62,803 bases of DNA from a bacterium (GCA_046484135.1 JAWOBU010000067.1:1-62803); one strand, 5' to 3'; positions 54,332 through 62,803 are shown, numbered from the stretch's first letter. Numbers and translations: made by a program. Notes: a model not told the origin generated them from the sequence alone.

Positions 54332-55096
54332 ATGAAGATATGCAGGTATCTAAAAGACGGGAAAACCGGCTTTGGAGCGGTGGAACAAGAAGAGATCAAA
54401 GTCATTGCCGGACCGGAAAGACCGAACGAGCAAATCGGTGAAGTTCTCTCGATGTCGGAAATAAAGCTCCTTTCACCAGCGCAGCCAACCAAGATCATCG
54501 CGCTGGGACTCAACTACCGCGACCATGCCCGGGAGATGGGAATGCCCATCCCGGAACAGCCCATCATGTTTCTGAAGCCGCCTTCCTCGGTGATCGGCCC
54601 TGACGAAGATATTACATATCCGGCGGGAGGCATCACCGCGCGGGTGGATTACGAGGCGGAGCTCGGCATCGTGATCGGCAGGAAAGGAAAGGCTGTCCCC
54701 AAAGAAAAGGCCATGGATTATATCCTGGGCTACACCTGCGTAAACGACGTTACGGCGCGGGACCTCCAGGCCAAGGACGGCCAGTGGACCCGCGCCAAGA
54801 GCTTCGACACCTTCTGTCCCATAGGCCCCTGGATCGAGACCGAGCTTGATACCTCGAACCTCTCCGTCAAAACGGAGCTGAACGGAAAAACCGTGCAGGA
54901 CTCGAACACCGCGGAGCTTATCTTCGACGTTCCCGCTGTGGTCGAGCTTATCTCCAAGGTCATGACCCTTTTGCCCGGAGACGTGATAGCCACGGGAACG
55001 CCGCCGGGCGTGGGTCCCATGAACGCGGGCGACACCGTGGTAGTTAGCGTGGAAGGCATAGGCGCTTTGCAAAATCGGGTGTCAACCGGAAAGTAG
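54332..55096 (+). CDS. Fumarylacetoacetate hydrolase-family protein
   Basis: KIIALGLNYRDHAREMG..MFLKPPSSVIGP..VDYEAELGIVIG..NDVTARDLQ..KSFDTFCPIGPW. Confidence 0.85.
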   Translation: MKICRYLKDGKTGFGAVEQEEIKVIAGPERPNEQIGEVLSMSEIKLLSPAQPTKIIALGLNYRDHAREMGMPIPEQPIMFLKPPSSVIGPDEDITYPAGGITARVDYEAELGIVIGRKGKAVPKEKAMDYILGYTCVNDVTARDLQAKDGQWTRAKSFDTFCPIGPWIETELDTSNLSVKTELNGKTVQDSNTAELIFDVPAVVELISKVMTLLPGDVIATGTPPGVGPMNAGDTVVVSVEGIGALQNRVSTGK

Positions 55097-55276
55097 AGTG
55101 AACTTCCCCCAAAATTTTTCATTTTACTCTCGCATCCTTTTTGAAAACGCACAGATGCTTCGGGGCTGAACTGAAAATGGAAAAACGCACAAACTGTCGG
55201 GGCATGCATGAGCCGCGGACTGTGGTGCAGGCCATGACTCCCTTTCGCAAGCCAGCCCCACAACTCCATCTGCGCT

Positions 55277-55298
55277 GTGCGAGCGACTTTAGTCGCGA
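55277..55298. repeat. Family-2 motif copy followed by a C12 homopolymer
   Basis: GTGCGAGCGACTTTAGTCGCGA at 55277-55298. C12 run at 55302-55313. Confidence 0.75.
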
Positions 55299-55340
55299 CC
55301 ACCCCCCCCCCCCGCAAGATGGCCCACACAACTACCTGAC

Positions 55341-55521
55341 GATGGCCCACACAACTTGTTGTGTGGGTGATCGAAGATCATGGGAGAGTTCGCTTCGTTT
55401 GGTAAAATACACGAAGAAGGCCGGATGGTTTGATGCCGGAGGGGTGCGGCAAACATCTTTTACAATGTACCTGCAGACCCACTTCGTGAGTCTGCCCACA
55501 CAACAAGTTGTGTGGGCCATC
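55341..55521. repeat. Palindrome-bounded ~181-bp interspersed element, copy 2 (inverted relative to copy 1)
   Basis: CCCACACAACTTGTTGTGTGGG at 55346-55367 and CCCACACAACAAGTTGTGTGGG at 55495-55516. Extra half-copy GATGGCCCACACAACT at 55318-55333. Confidence 0.8.
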
Positions 55522-55635
55522 ATAGTGGCTTAGTTGTGTACTATTTGACAAAGGAGAGTTGTAGGTGGCCGATTGGAAGCTTAAGACAAACGGTCCTGCT
55601 TGCCGGAGACGCTGATGGAGGGAATGACCGGTCAT

Positions 55636-55656
55636 AAAAAACGGGGGAACTTCCCG
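55636..55656 (-). terminator. Intrinsic terminator candidate for the efp-lipoprotein transcript
   Basis: The minus strand reads CGGGAAGTTCCCCCG followed by TTTTTT, about 45 nt after the stop at 55702. Confidence 0.5.
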
Positions 55657-55701
55657 AAAGTAGAGCACGGGCCAAAAAGATAAACCCGGCTGAAAAGAAA
55701 A

Positions 55702-56283
55702 TCAGGGGCTCTTTTTCTCTTTTTTCAGGTACTCCTCTATCTTTTTCTGGTCCAGGATTACTTTTTCGTCGGGATGGGCCAGCACCTTAAAGCTGGACGT
55801 GCCCTTGATCAGGGGGGACCCGTCTGACGCGAGAATCTCTCCTTCAAAGTCTATTTTCGAGACCCCGAAGGTGTCTTTTCTTATATCCAGCTCTATCTTG
55901 GCGTCCTCGATACTGCGCAAAAATGTCCGGTAGCGGTGCCTGCCTTTGATCAGCTTGATGCCTCGCCGGGGATACACCTCGATCTCGAGCCGGCCGCCCG
56001 GATGGTCCGCCAGAAGGTCCTCTTCTATTACCGGCTTGGCTGTTACGTGAATCACGGAGGGGCTCTCCTCGTCCTTCTCCGCCCAGATGTCGTACTTGAT
56101 CTTCGAGGTGTAAGGCACTTTCTCGCCGGTAGGCTCCGGCATGGTGTCAGCAGGCTCCTTAAGCTCTACATCTTTTTCCTTCTCTTTCTTCTCTTCCGGT
56201 ATCTTGCAGGATGTCGCCGACAGCGAAACAGCCAGAAGAATTAAAAATACGCAACAAAAAGCCCGGTGTCCTTTATCCATCAT
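55702..56283 (-). CDS. Hypothetical lipoprotein
   Basis: Start MMDKGHRAFCCVFLILLAVSLSATSCK (lipobox LSATSC; AAGGAGG upstream). No recognised domain. Confidence 0.5.
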   Translation of the reverse strand: MMDKGHRAFCCVFLILLAVSLSATSCKIPEEKKEKEKDVELKEPADTMPEPTGEKVPYTSKIKYDIWAEKDEESPSVIHVTAKPVIEEDLLADHPGGRLEIEVYPRRGIKLIKGRHRYRTFLRSIEDAKIELDIRKDTFGVSKIDFEGEILASDGSPLIKGTSSFKVLAHPDEKVILDQKKIEEYLKKEKKSP

Positions 56284-56330
56284 TGCCGTCCTCCTTGTTC
56301 CAGGTGTCTCGAACGTAAAAACTAAACGCA

Positions 56331-56891
56331 TCATCCCGCCCGCTCCACGTACTCGCCGCTCCTGGTGTCCACCTTTACTACCTCGCCCTCGTTTATGAAA
56401 AGCGGAACATGGATGATCTTGCCCGTCTCCAGGGTCGCAGGCTTGCTGGCGCCGGTGGCGGTGTCGCCTCGGACCCCCGGCTCGGTCTCCACTACCCGGA
56501 GTTCCACAAACGTGGGGGTCTCGATCCCGATCGGCGAGTCATTATGAAAAAGCACTTCCACCGCGCAGTTCTCCTGCAGGTAATCAGCGGACTCGCCCAG
56601 CTTGTCCCGGTTTATCATGATCTGCTCATAGGTTTCCTGGTCCATGAAGTAATACTCGTCTCCTTCCCGGTAAAGGAACTGCATCTCCCGCTCTTCCAGG
56701 TTGGGACGCCCCACCTTGTCGCCAGACCGGAAGTTTATGTCCTGGACGTGTCCGGACACCAGGCTTTTTACCCTTGTCTTTACGAAAGCCTGGCCTTTGC
56801 CCGGCTTTACATGTTGACACTCAACAATGATATAAGGTTCCCCCTCCATCTCGATCTTGAGCCCTTTTCGAAAGTCATTAGTCGAGTACAT
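56331..56891 (-). CDS. efp: Elongation factor P
   Basis: MYSTNDFRKGLKIEMEGEPYIIVECQHVKPGKGQAFVKTRVKSL.. Confidence 0.96.
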   Translation of the reverse strand: MYSTNDFRKGLKIEMEGEPYIIVECQHVKPGKGQAFVKTRVKSLVSGHVQDINFRSGDKVGRPNLEEREMQFLYREGDEYYFMDQETYEQIMINRDKLGESADYLQENCAVEVLFHNDSPIGIETPTFVELRVVETEPGVRGDTATGASKPATLETGKIIHVPLFINEGEVVKVDTRSGEYVERAG

Positions 56892-56961
56892 CTGTTAACT
56901 CCTTCCTATTCAATATAAACATCATGCTGGATGACGGCAATACATTGCTCAGCGCCGGTCA

Positions 56962-58053
56962 TTATAAAACTCGGAGCTCTCCTCCCGAAGATGTCAATAC
57001 CCGCCGACCTTGGCCGGTTACCAGCACCATGTCCTCGATACGAACGCCGCCCCAACCCGGAATATAAATCCCCGGCTCCACCGTTACCACCATGCCGGAC
57101 TCCAGCACGCCCTCGCTGGACGGGTTCAAAACCGGCAGCTCGTGGGTGGAAAGACCAACCCCGTGCCCCAGTCCGTGCCCGAAGTAATCCCCGTAACCGG
57201 CCTCCTTTATATACTCCCGCGCCGCACCGTCAACATCGCGGCAGGGGACTCCCGGCCGGATGCTCTTTATGGCCCGGGTCTGCGCTTCTCGCACCGTCTC
57301 GTAAACCCGGCGCTGCTTGCGGTCGGGAGAGCCCAGGCAGAAGGTTATGGTCTGGTCCGACTGATACCCCTTATACGCGGCGCCGAAGTCCACGGTCACG
57401 AGTTCTCCCTTGCGCAATTTTTTGTCCGAGGCCACCCCGTGTGGGTATGCTCCGCGCTTGCCTGATGCAACAATGGTGGAGAAGGGAGGGTACCCTGACC
57501 CGAGCTCCTGCATCCGGGTCTCGAGAACCAGGGCGAACTCCCTCTCCTTCATGCCGGCCCGGGCCTGCTCCCACACCTCCCGGAACGCCCGGGCCGCTAT
57601 ATTGGCTGAACGCTTTATAAGACGAACCTCCGGGTCGGCCTTCCTCGACCGCTGCTCCAGCACCCAGTCTCCGGCAGGCACCAGCTTTACGCCCTTTAAA
57701 AGCTTTTTCAGCTTAAGATAAGTCCCGTGCGTCATGCCCTCCTTTTCGAAAGCAAGACCCGATATCCCCTTCTTCCTGATGAAACCGGCAAGGTCCTCGA
57801 ACCGCTTTTTGACCTTTACCATTGTAAAGCCCGGGCACTCCTGCTCGGCTTGCTGCACATACCTGAAGTCGGCGAGAAGGTACTGGGAGCCGCGAGTAAC
57901 CAGAAGCGCGGCTTCCGTGCCGGTAAACCCGCTGAGATACCGGAGATTGGTCATGTCCGTAATCAGCATCGCTGTGGCGCCGCCCTCGCGAAAGCGGACG
58001 CGAAGCTCTCTCAGCCTTGACCGGTGCGCTTCCGGGAGCGGACCTCGCGACAT
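56962..58053 (-). CDS. pepP: Xaa-Pro aminopeptidase (M24B)
   Basis: Start [10 protein letters not shown].. at 58053, 4 nt after the upstream stop. Creatinase-like N-domain. Pita-bread metal ligands (..[15 protein letters not shown].., [21 protein letters not shown]). Confidence 0.85.
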   Translation of the reverse strand: MSRGPLPEAHRSRLRELRVRFREGGATAMLITDMTNLRYLSGFTGTEAALLVTRGSQYLLADFRYVQQAEQECPGFTMVKVKKRFEDLAGFIRKKGISGLAFEKEGMTHGTYLKLKKLLKGVKLVPAGDWVLEQRSRKADPEVRLIKRSANIAARAFREVWEQARAGMKEREFALVLETRMQELGSGYPPFSTIVASGKRGAYPHGVASDKKLRKGELVTVDFGAAYKGYQSDQTITFCLGSPDRKQRRVYETVREAQTRAIKSIRPGVPCRDVDGAAREYIKEAGYGDYFGHGLGHGVGLSTHELPVLNPSSEGVLESGMVVTVEPGIYIPGWGGVRIEDMVLVTGQGRRVLTSSGGELRVL

Positions 58054-58057
58054 GGCC

Positions 58058-58924
58058 TCAGCCCTCCAGTTGCACGGACAGCCGGTATCGCTTGGCCGGC
58101 TCGGTAACCGGCCTGCCAGAGGCATCAACCTCTTCCGCCGCCTGCATGACCGAAATAAAGTGGTTCTCGGTATTGTCCAGGGTATGGAGGTACTGCACGG
58201 CCTCCTGCACGGTCCGGGTGGGGTAACAATGCAGAAGCTCCCAGAAAAAGTGGTTTTCATTGTAGGACTCGATGGTGTACTCGTCCGAGGAGCTCCTGCC
58301 CGGCGTAAGTTTTTCCGGCAGCTCATGACGGAGGAAAACCTTGGAAAGCTCCTCCCTGCCGGATAACTTGCGGGTTTGCGGCGCGATCTCCGGGCTCGGG
58401 CTCAAAAGCTCGTCATGGATGGACTTGACCCACATGAGCTTTTTTAAGTAGCCCTCCTTGTAGCTTATGAACTTGCCGCTCCGGATCAGTGAGAAGTAAA
58501 GTACCTTGTCTTCCAGCGACAGGTTGGAGCGGTTCAGGAAAAAGGACAGCTCCCGTCCGCCGTACTCGTCCATGATGGTCTCGTGCCTTCTCTTGCTCCG
58601 GTTGGGGATGTGCTTGAAGTAATCCGAGTAGTGGTTTTGTTCGAGGAACTCCTGCAGGGTTACGCCCTGGTACTTTTCCATAAGCTTCTTGGACGCTTCA
58701 TACCCAAGGTAGGACAAGTAGGACTGGAGAGAAGCCATGCTGAGAAGGAGCGAGGTGGTCCGCTCTTCCAGGAGCCTGGTAAAAACTTCCCGGTCGTCTA
58801 TCTTGATGAGGTCCCCCTCACGGGGACACGACATCAGGCAATCCTCGAAGCGCCGCTCCGAGCGCTGGGCCATGAACAGCATGTGGACGGGCAGGTAATC
58901 GGTCATACAACTGACGGTTTCCAT
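58058..58924 (-). CDS. Hypothetical protein, first gene of the pepP-efp transcription unit
   Basis: 288-aa ORF with no motif I recognise. Tight 4-nt spacing to pepP. Confidence 0.5.
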   Translation of the reverse strand: METVSCMTDYLPVHMLFMAQRSERRFEDCLMSCPREGDLIKIDDREVFTRLLEERTTSLLLSMASLQSYLSYLGYEASKKLMEKYQGVTLQEFLEQNHYSDYFKHIPNRSKRRHETIMDEYGGRELSFFLNRSNLSLEDKVLYFSLIRSGKFISYKEGYLKKLMWVKSIHDELLSPSPEIAPQTRKLSGREELSKVFLRHELPEKLTPGRSSSDEYTIESYNENHFFWELLHCYPTRTVQEAVQYLHTLDNTENHFISVMQAAEEVDASGRPVTEPAKRYRLSVQLEG

Positions 58925-59120
58925 TCTTTAAACCTCCGAGTTTCAATAAAGATACTGCTTATGGCTTATGATGTTATGGCGAGGCCCCCCGGGTGTCAAA
59001 CAGGAGAAGGGAAATACCAGCGTAACGGCATTCTTGAAAGCAGGTGGTTTCTTCCCGCCCGCTTTTTCCCTATAATAGCTCTGACAGTTCTACGGCTTTA
59101 GCCGGAAGGGAGTTTGGAAC

Positions 59121-59468
59121 ATGGAGCCGGACCACGATTTCCTGCTGATAGTAAAGTCAAACCTGCTAGGCGAAGGAGAGCCCGACCTGGGAGAGAAGCT
59201 CATAACCGCTTTCTTCAAGATGCTCCTGGAAGCGGAGGGCCTGCCGCAGACCATAATCTTCATGAACTCGGGAGTCTTTCTCACGACCGCCGGCTCGCCG
59301 GTGCTGGAAGAGATAAAGGAACTGGAGAAAAGGGGAGCGTCAATTTCCTCCTGCGGCACCTGCCTGGATTATTACGGAAGAAAGGACAAGCTGGAGGCCG
59401 GCGTTGTCGGCAACATGCGGCAGACGGTTGACGCGCTTGTCTCTCATAAAAAGGCGGTAACGATTTAG
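59121..59468 (+). CDS. YedF-like (DsrE-fold) selenium/sulfur metabolism protein, C-terminal-domain-only form
   Basis: 115 aa. ..LLGEGEPDLGEKLITAFFKML..IIFMNSGVFLTT..LEEIKELEKRGASISSCGTCLDYYG.. matches my recollection of the YedF C-terminal domain. Confidence 0.6.
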   Translation: MEPDHDFLLIVKSNLLGEGEPDLGEKLITAFFKMLLEAEGLPQTIIFMNSGVFLTTAGSPVLEEIKELEKRGASISSCGTCLDYYGRKDKLEAGVVGNMRQTVDALVSHKKAVTI

Positions 59469-59498
59469 AACCGGCGCGGCCGGCCGAACGGTTTTTTT
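59469..59498 (+). terminator. Intrinsic terminator candidate after the yedF-like gene
   Basis: GC-rich hairpin (AACCG..CGGTT with inner CCGGC-GCG-GCCGG) ending in T7 at 59492-59498. Confidence 0.45.
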
Positions 59499-59755
59499 AC
59501 TTATGGCCTGTCTTGACATCAAGGGCCGCTCGTGGTTACATGAAATCGTGAAGGACAAGTTTTCCGCGACGGAGCTTCATCTTTCCTTCACACTCCGCTC
59601 GGGCGTTACAGTATTGACTGATTAGTGGTAGTACAAAAGCACGTTTCTCCCTTCAACAGTTTCCAGCCGCGCAAACATGACATGCCGCTTGCGGAGCTTG
59701 ACACGTCCGGCGGAAGGTTTTTTAAATAGTTTCCAGCGACTGCAAGGAGTACGAT

Positions 59756-60373
59756 ATGTCACAACCCGCCCTTTTTTACAAACCGGAGGAATCGTGTTCT
59801 TTCGCCCGGGAGCTCATGGACCGGTCCGGCCAGAACCTGGTGGCCTGCTACCAGTGCCGAAGGTGCGCGGCCGGCTGCCCGGTGGGAGACGAAACCGGGA
59901 TCACCCCCGACCGGCTCATCCGGTTGGTGCTCCTGGGCGAGCGGGAGGAGGCCTTGAACAACCACCTGGTCTGGCAGTGCGTGTCCTGCTATACCTGCGG
60001 AGAACGCTGCCCGAACGACATCCAGACCGCGCGCATAAACGAGACATTGAAGCAGATGTCCAAGAAGGAAGGGAAAAAGCCCCTCCACCCCAAGGTGGCC
60101 AACTTCCATGCTTCCTTTGTCGAGTCGGCCATCCGCTGGGGCAAGGTCAACGAGGTCGAGTTCATGGGGGTCTACGAGCTCCGGAACACGCTCGACAACG
60201 TAAAAAAAGGCGACTTCAAGGAGATCGTAAACGAGCTTATCTCCCAGATGAAGTTCGGGCTGCCCATGGTAACCAAAAAGCGCATGCACGTGGGCTTCAT
60301 GACCTCCAAGGGCAGGAAGGAGCTCAAGGCTTTAAAGAAGAAGTCCAAACAGAAAGCAAAGGCCGGCGCCTGA
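59756..60373 (+). CDS. hdrC: Heterodisulfide reductase subunit C-like 4Fe-4S protein
   Basis: CYQCRRCAAGCP and CVSCYTCGERCP cluster motifs. Confidence 0.75.
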   Translation: MSQPALFYKPEESCSFARELMDRSGQNLVACYQCRRCAAGCPVGDETGITPDRLIRLVLLGEREEALNNHLVWQCVSCYTCGERCPNDIQTARINETLKQMSKKEGKKPLHPKVANFHASFVESAIRWGKVNEVEFMGVYELRNTLDNVKKGDFKEIVNELISQMKFGLPMVTKKRMHVGFMTSKGRKELKALKKKSKQKAKAGA

Positions 60374-60450
60374 CACCGGCCGGGAAATGCGCGTTCCCGG
60401 TCCCTGCTGGAAGCGCTGTCCGGGTCCGGGAAGGATACGAGGTGTAAAAC

Positions 60451-61329
60451 ATGGAAATAGCGTACTATCCGGGATGTACCCTTAAATCGTCGTCCGCGCT
60501 CTTGGAAGTGCAGAGCATAAAGGTCCTGGCCACCCTGGACATCCATCTTCGGGAACTCGAAGACTGGAGCTGTTGCGGGGCGACCTCCGCGGGCAAGACC
60601 GACGACTTCATGGCCATGGCCATGCCCGCCAGAAACTTAGGCATTGCCTGCCACTCCCCCCACTCCGAGTTGGTCATACCCTGTTCAGCCTGCTACTCCC
60701 GGACCCTGGTGGCCCAGCAGAGACTCGATCGCGACCCGGACCTCAAACAAGAGATCAATAGCGAGCTCGAAAAAAAGGTGGACGGAGATATCAAGGTGTC
60801 CTCCCTGCTCGAAGTCCTGCTCCCTAAGGCAGAGTCCGGAGAGCTAGCACAAAAAGTGGAAAAACCGCTGACCGGGCTGAACCCCGTCTGCTACTACGGC
60901 TGCATGCTGACCCGGTTCCCCTGCGACGTGCCGGTCCCGGACGATGTAGAGAACCCACAAGGCATGGAGACCGTGCTCAAGGAGCTGGGGGTCAAAAAGC
61001 CCCTGGACTGGAGTTATAAAACCGACTGCTGCGGCGCGTCCGCGGCCATGAACGACCAGGAGACCGCTTTCCTGTTGATGTCCAGGATCATGCGGGACGC
61101 GGTGGACCGGGGAGCCAACTGCTTTGTAACCACCTGCCCCATGTGCCAGATGAACCTGGACGCCTACCAGGACCTGTTCTGCGACAAATACGGCATCTGC
61201 GAGCGGCTTCCCGTCTACTTTATAACCGAGCTTTTGGGAGTGGCCATGGGCTTCTCTCCCAAGGAGCTCCAGATAGACAGACATATTATTGATGCAGTGT
61301 CTTTATTAAAGGAGTGGAACCTGGCATGA
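60451..61329 (+). CDS. hdrB: Heterodisulfide reductase subunit B-like (two CCG domains)
   Basis: YYPGCTLKSS..WSCCGAT and ..YYGCMLTR..KTDCCGAS..VTTCPMCQ. Confidence 0.8.
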   Translation: MEIAYYPGCTLKSSSALLEVQSIKVLATLDIHLRELEDWSCCGATSAGKTDDFMAMAMPARNLGIACHSPHSELVIPCSACYSRTLVAQQRLDRDPDLKQEINSELEKKVDGDIKVSSLLEVLLPKAESGELAQKVEKPLTGLNPVCYYGCMLTRFPCDVPVPDDVENPQGMETVLKELGVKKPLDWSYKTDCCGASAAMNDQETAFLLMSRIMRDAVDRGANCFVTTCPMCQMNLDAYQDLFCDKYGICERLPVYFITELLGVAMGFSPKELQIDRHIIDAVSLLKEWNLA

Positions 61330-62803
61330 GTGAGACTGATAACCGCGGCAAGAAGAGAGGTTCGGTCCTGATAGCGGGCGGAGGCATCGGAGGCATGCAG
61401 GCCGCCCTGGACCTGGCTGACTCGGGTTTCAAGGTCGAGATACTGGAAAAGGAAAGCTCCATCGGCGGCACCATGTCCATGCTGGACAAAACCTTTCCCA
61501 CCGGCGACTGCGCCATGTGCATGATCTCGCCCAAGATGGTCGAGGTAGGCAGACACTTGAACATAGACATCACCACCGACGCCGAACTGGAAAAGCTGGA
61601 AGGCGAGGCAGGGGACTTTACCGCCACCATTAAAAAAGCGCCCCGCTACGTGGACCTGGACAAGTGCACCGGCTGTGAGCAATGCGTGCAGGTCTGTCCC
61701 GTACAAATGCCCTCGGAGTTCAACCAGGAGCTGGCCCCCCGGACCGCCATAAGCCGAAGGTTCGCCCAGGCAGTACCAGGCGCCGTGGGCATTGACAAAA
61801 AGGGGACTTCGCCGTGCCGGGTGGACTGCCCGGCAGAGGTCAACGCCCACGCCTACGTGGCGCTCACCCGGGCCGGCCGCTACAAAGAAGCATTGGAAGT
61901 GGTGCGGAGAACAAACCCCTTTCCAGCCAGCATCGGCAGGGTATGTACCCATCCGTGCGAGAGCGCCTGCCGCAGAAAGGACCTGGACGAGCCCGTGTCC
62001 ATATGCTCCTTGAAGCGATTCCTGACCGATTACGAAGACGCCCACGGCGGGTTCGAAACCCCGCACCTTCCCGAAGAAAAGCTGGAGAAGGTGGCGGTAG
62101 TAGGTTCCGGTCCCGCGGGCATGACCTGCGCCCGCGACTTGGCTTTGCAAGGCTACCGGGTTACCGTGTTCGAGAAGCTGCCCGTCTCCGGCGGCATGCT
62201 TCGGGTGTCCATTCCCGAGTACCGCCTGCCCGCGGAGGTCGTACAAAAGGAGATAGACCAGATACTCTCCCACGGGATCGAGCTCAAACTGAACCAGTCG
62301 CTGGGAAAAGACTTCACCATCGAAAGCCTGAAACAGGACGGCTTCAAGGCGGTGTTCCTGGCGCTGGGCACCCACCGGGCGCTCAAGCTCAAGATCGAGG
62401 GCGAGGAAGATTACGAGGGTGTGTGGGATTGCATCGAGTTTCTCCGCAAGGTGAACCTGGGCGAAGAGACGAAGCTCGGCAAAAAGGTCATCGTGATCGG
62501 CGGCGGCAACGCGGCCATAGACTCGGCCCGCACCGCGCTCCGGCTGGGCTCGGAGGTGGACATAGCCTACCGGCGGACCCACAAGGAGATGCCGGCCAAC
62601 TCCTGGGAGATCGAGGAGGCGGAGATCGAGGGCGTAAACATCCGGAACCTGATGGCCCCCGTCAAGATACTGGGAGAGAACGGCAAGGTCACCGGAATCG
62701 AGCTTATGAAGATGGAGCTGGGTGAGCCGGACCAGAGCGGCCGCAGAAGGCCGGTACCAGTTGAAGGCAGCAACTTCCAGGTCGAGTGCGACGCCGTGAT
62801 CGC
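61326..62803 (+). CDS. hdrA: HdrA-like flavoprotein fused to a GltD/NfnB-like NAD(P)H oxidoreductase module (HdrL-like), partial; runs off the right edge
   Basis: Not in the ORF track (no stop in the window). My translation from ATG 61326 (ATGA overlap with the hdrB stop) gives MSETDNRGKKRGSVLIAGGGIGGMQAALDLADSGFKVEILEKESSIGGTMSMLDKTFPTGDCAMCMISPK..CTGCEQCVQVCP..NPFPASIGRVCTHPCESACRR..VAVVGSGPAGMTCARDL..VIVIGGGNAAIDSART. Confidence 0.8.
   Translation, partial: MSETDNRGKKRGSVLIAGGGIGGMQAALDLADSGFKVEILEKESSIGGTMSMLDKTFPTGDCAMCMISPKMVEVGRHLNIDITTDAELEKLEGEAGDFTATIKKAPRYVDLDKCTGCEQCVQVCPVQMPSEFNQELAPRTAISRRFAQAVPGAVGIDKKGTSPCRVDCPAEVNAHAYVALTRAGRYKEALEVVRRTNPFPASIGRVCTHPCESACRRKDLDEPVSICSLKRFLTDYEDAHGGFETPHLPEEKLEKVAVVGSGPAGMTCARDLALQGYRVTVFEKLPVSGGMLRVSIPEYRLPAEVVQKEIDQILSHGIELKLNQSLGKDFTIESLKQDGFKAVFLALGTHRALKLKIEGEEDYEGVWDCIEFLRKVNLGEETKLGKKVIVIGGGNAAIDSARTALRLGSEVDIAYRRTHKEMPANSWEIEEAEIEGVNIRNLMAPVKILGENGKVTGIELMKMELGEPDQSGRRRPVPVEGSNFQVECDAVI

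Noticed and set aside
55141-55533. 130-aa ORF (and 55332-55523 minus, 30788-31234 minus, 30875-31075 plus) sharing peptides such as AHTTCCVG, PTQQVVW and DRRSWE
   Set aside because: The shared peptides are simply translations of the 22-nt palindrome and its conserved flank in different frames and strands. The ORFs span repeats and a C12 tract, and none has a ribosome-binding site.
61215-62582. 455-aa minus-strand ORF (and the 303-aa plus-strand ORF at 61814-62725)
   Set aside because: It is antisense or out of frame relative to the HdrA/GltD-like reading frame that I translated directly from 61326. That frame carries clear FAD, ferredoxin and GltD motifs and is missing from the track only because it has no stop in the window.
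61326-62803. Selenocysteine (in-frame TGA) in the HdrA-like gene
   Set aside because: I saw no in-frame TGA in the part I translated codon by codon (61326 to about 61980), and the position often occupied by Sec reads Cys (DCAMC). The rest of the frame was read only at motif level, so an in-frame TGA further downstream cannot be ruled out.

Overview
This is a GC-rich (about 58-60% by eye) bacterial chromosomal segment. I call about 55 protein genes and one tRNA. I found no rRNA, CRISPR array, transposase, integrase or phage genes. All calls rest on motifs read from the supplied translations and on my own reading of the DNA; no searches were run.

Gene content suggests an anaerobic Desulfobacterota/deltaproteobacterium-like organism (inference). 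The evidence is Hdr-type genes, a CooC-like ATPase, a B12-radical SAM protein, DUF1847, an MJ0042-type zinc-ribbon protein, and the order ffh-rpsP-KH-rimM-trmD-rplS-rnhB.

Most of the window is core housekeeping in conserved blocks:
- carB
- rpsO-pnp
- ffh-rpsP-KH-rimM-trmD-(SPOUT-like)-rplS-(SMC-like ATPase)-rnhB
- uppP-ftsK-lolA-gyrA
- (hypothetical)-pepP-efp-lipoprotein
- yedF-like gene plus hdrC-hdrB-hdrA/gltD-like fusion

Accessory content:
- an envelope glycosylation trio (GT4, GT2, GT-C) with two secreted hydrolases
- an SNF2 helicase plus SWIM zinc-finger pair, whose SWIM partner carries three AT-hook-like units and an HTH
- a HicAB toxin-antitoxin pair
- a GH31 glycosidase
- arsC-CDF-tldD
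- a UbiA-AsnB-CooC operon flanked by a B12-radical SAM gene and a DUF362 Fe-S gene
- an orphan sucD with an FAH-family gene

The signals least explained by ordinary annotation are non-coding:
- A ~180-bp element bounded by a 22-nt perfect palindrome occurs twice in opposite orientation (30.9 kb and 55.3 kb) and has a covarying internal hairpin.
- A second interspersed motif, GTGCGAGCGACTTTAGTCGCGA, occurs at three loci.
- A 557-bp repeat-rich spacer is bracketed by direct and inverted repeats directly at a stop codon.

No complete canonical defence or mobile system is visible. The best candidates for something new are the SNF2/SWIM-AT-hook module, the UbiA-AsnB-CooC cluster and the two repeat families. 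All three are hypotheses.
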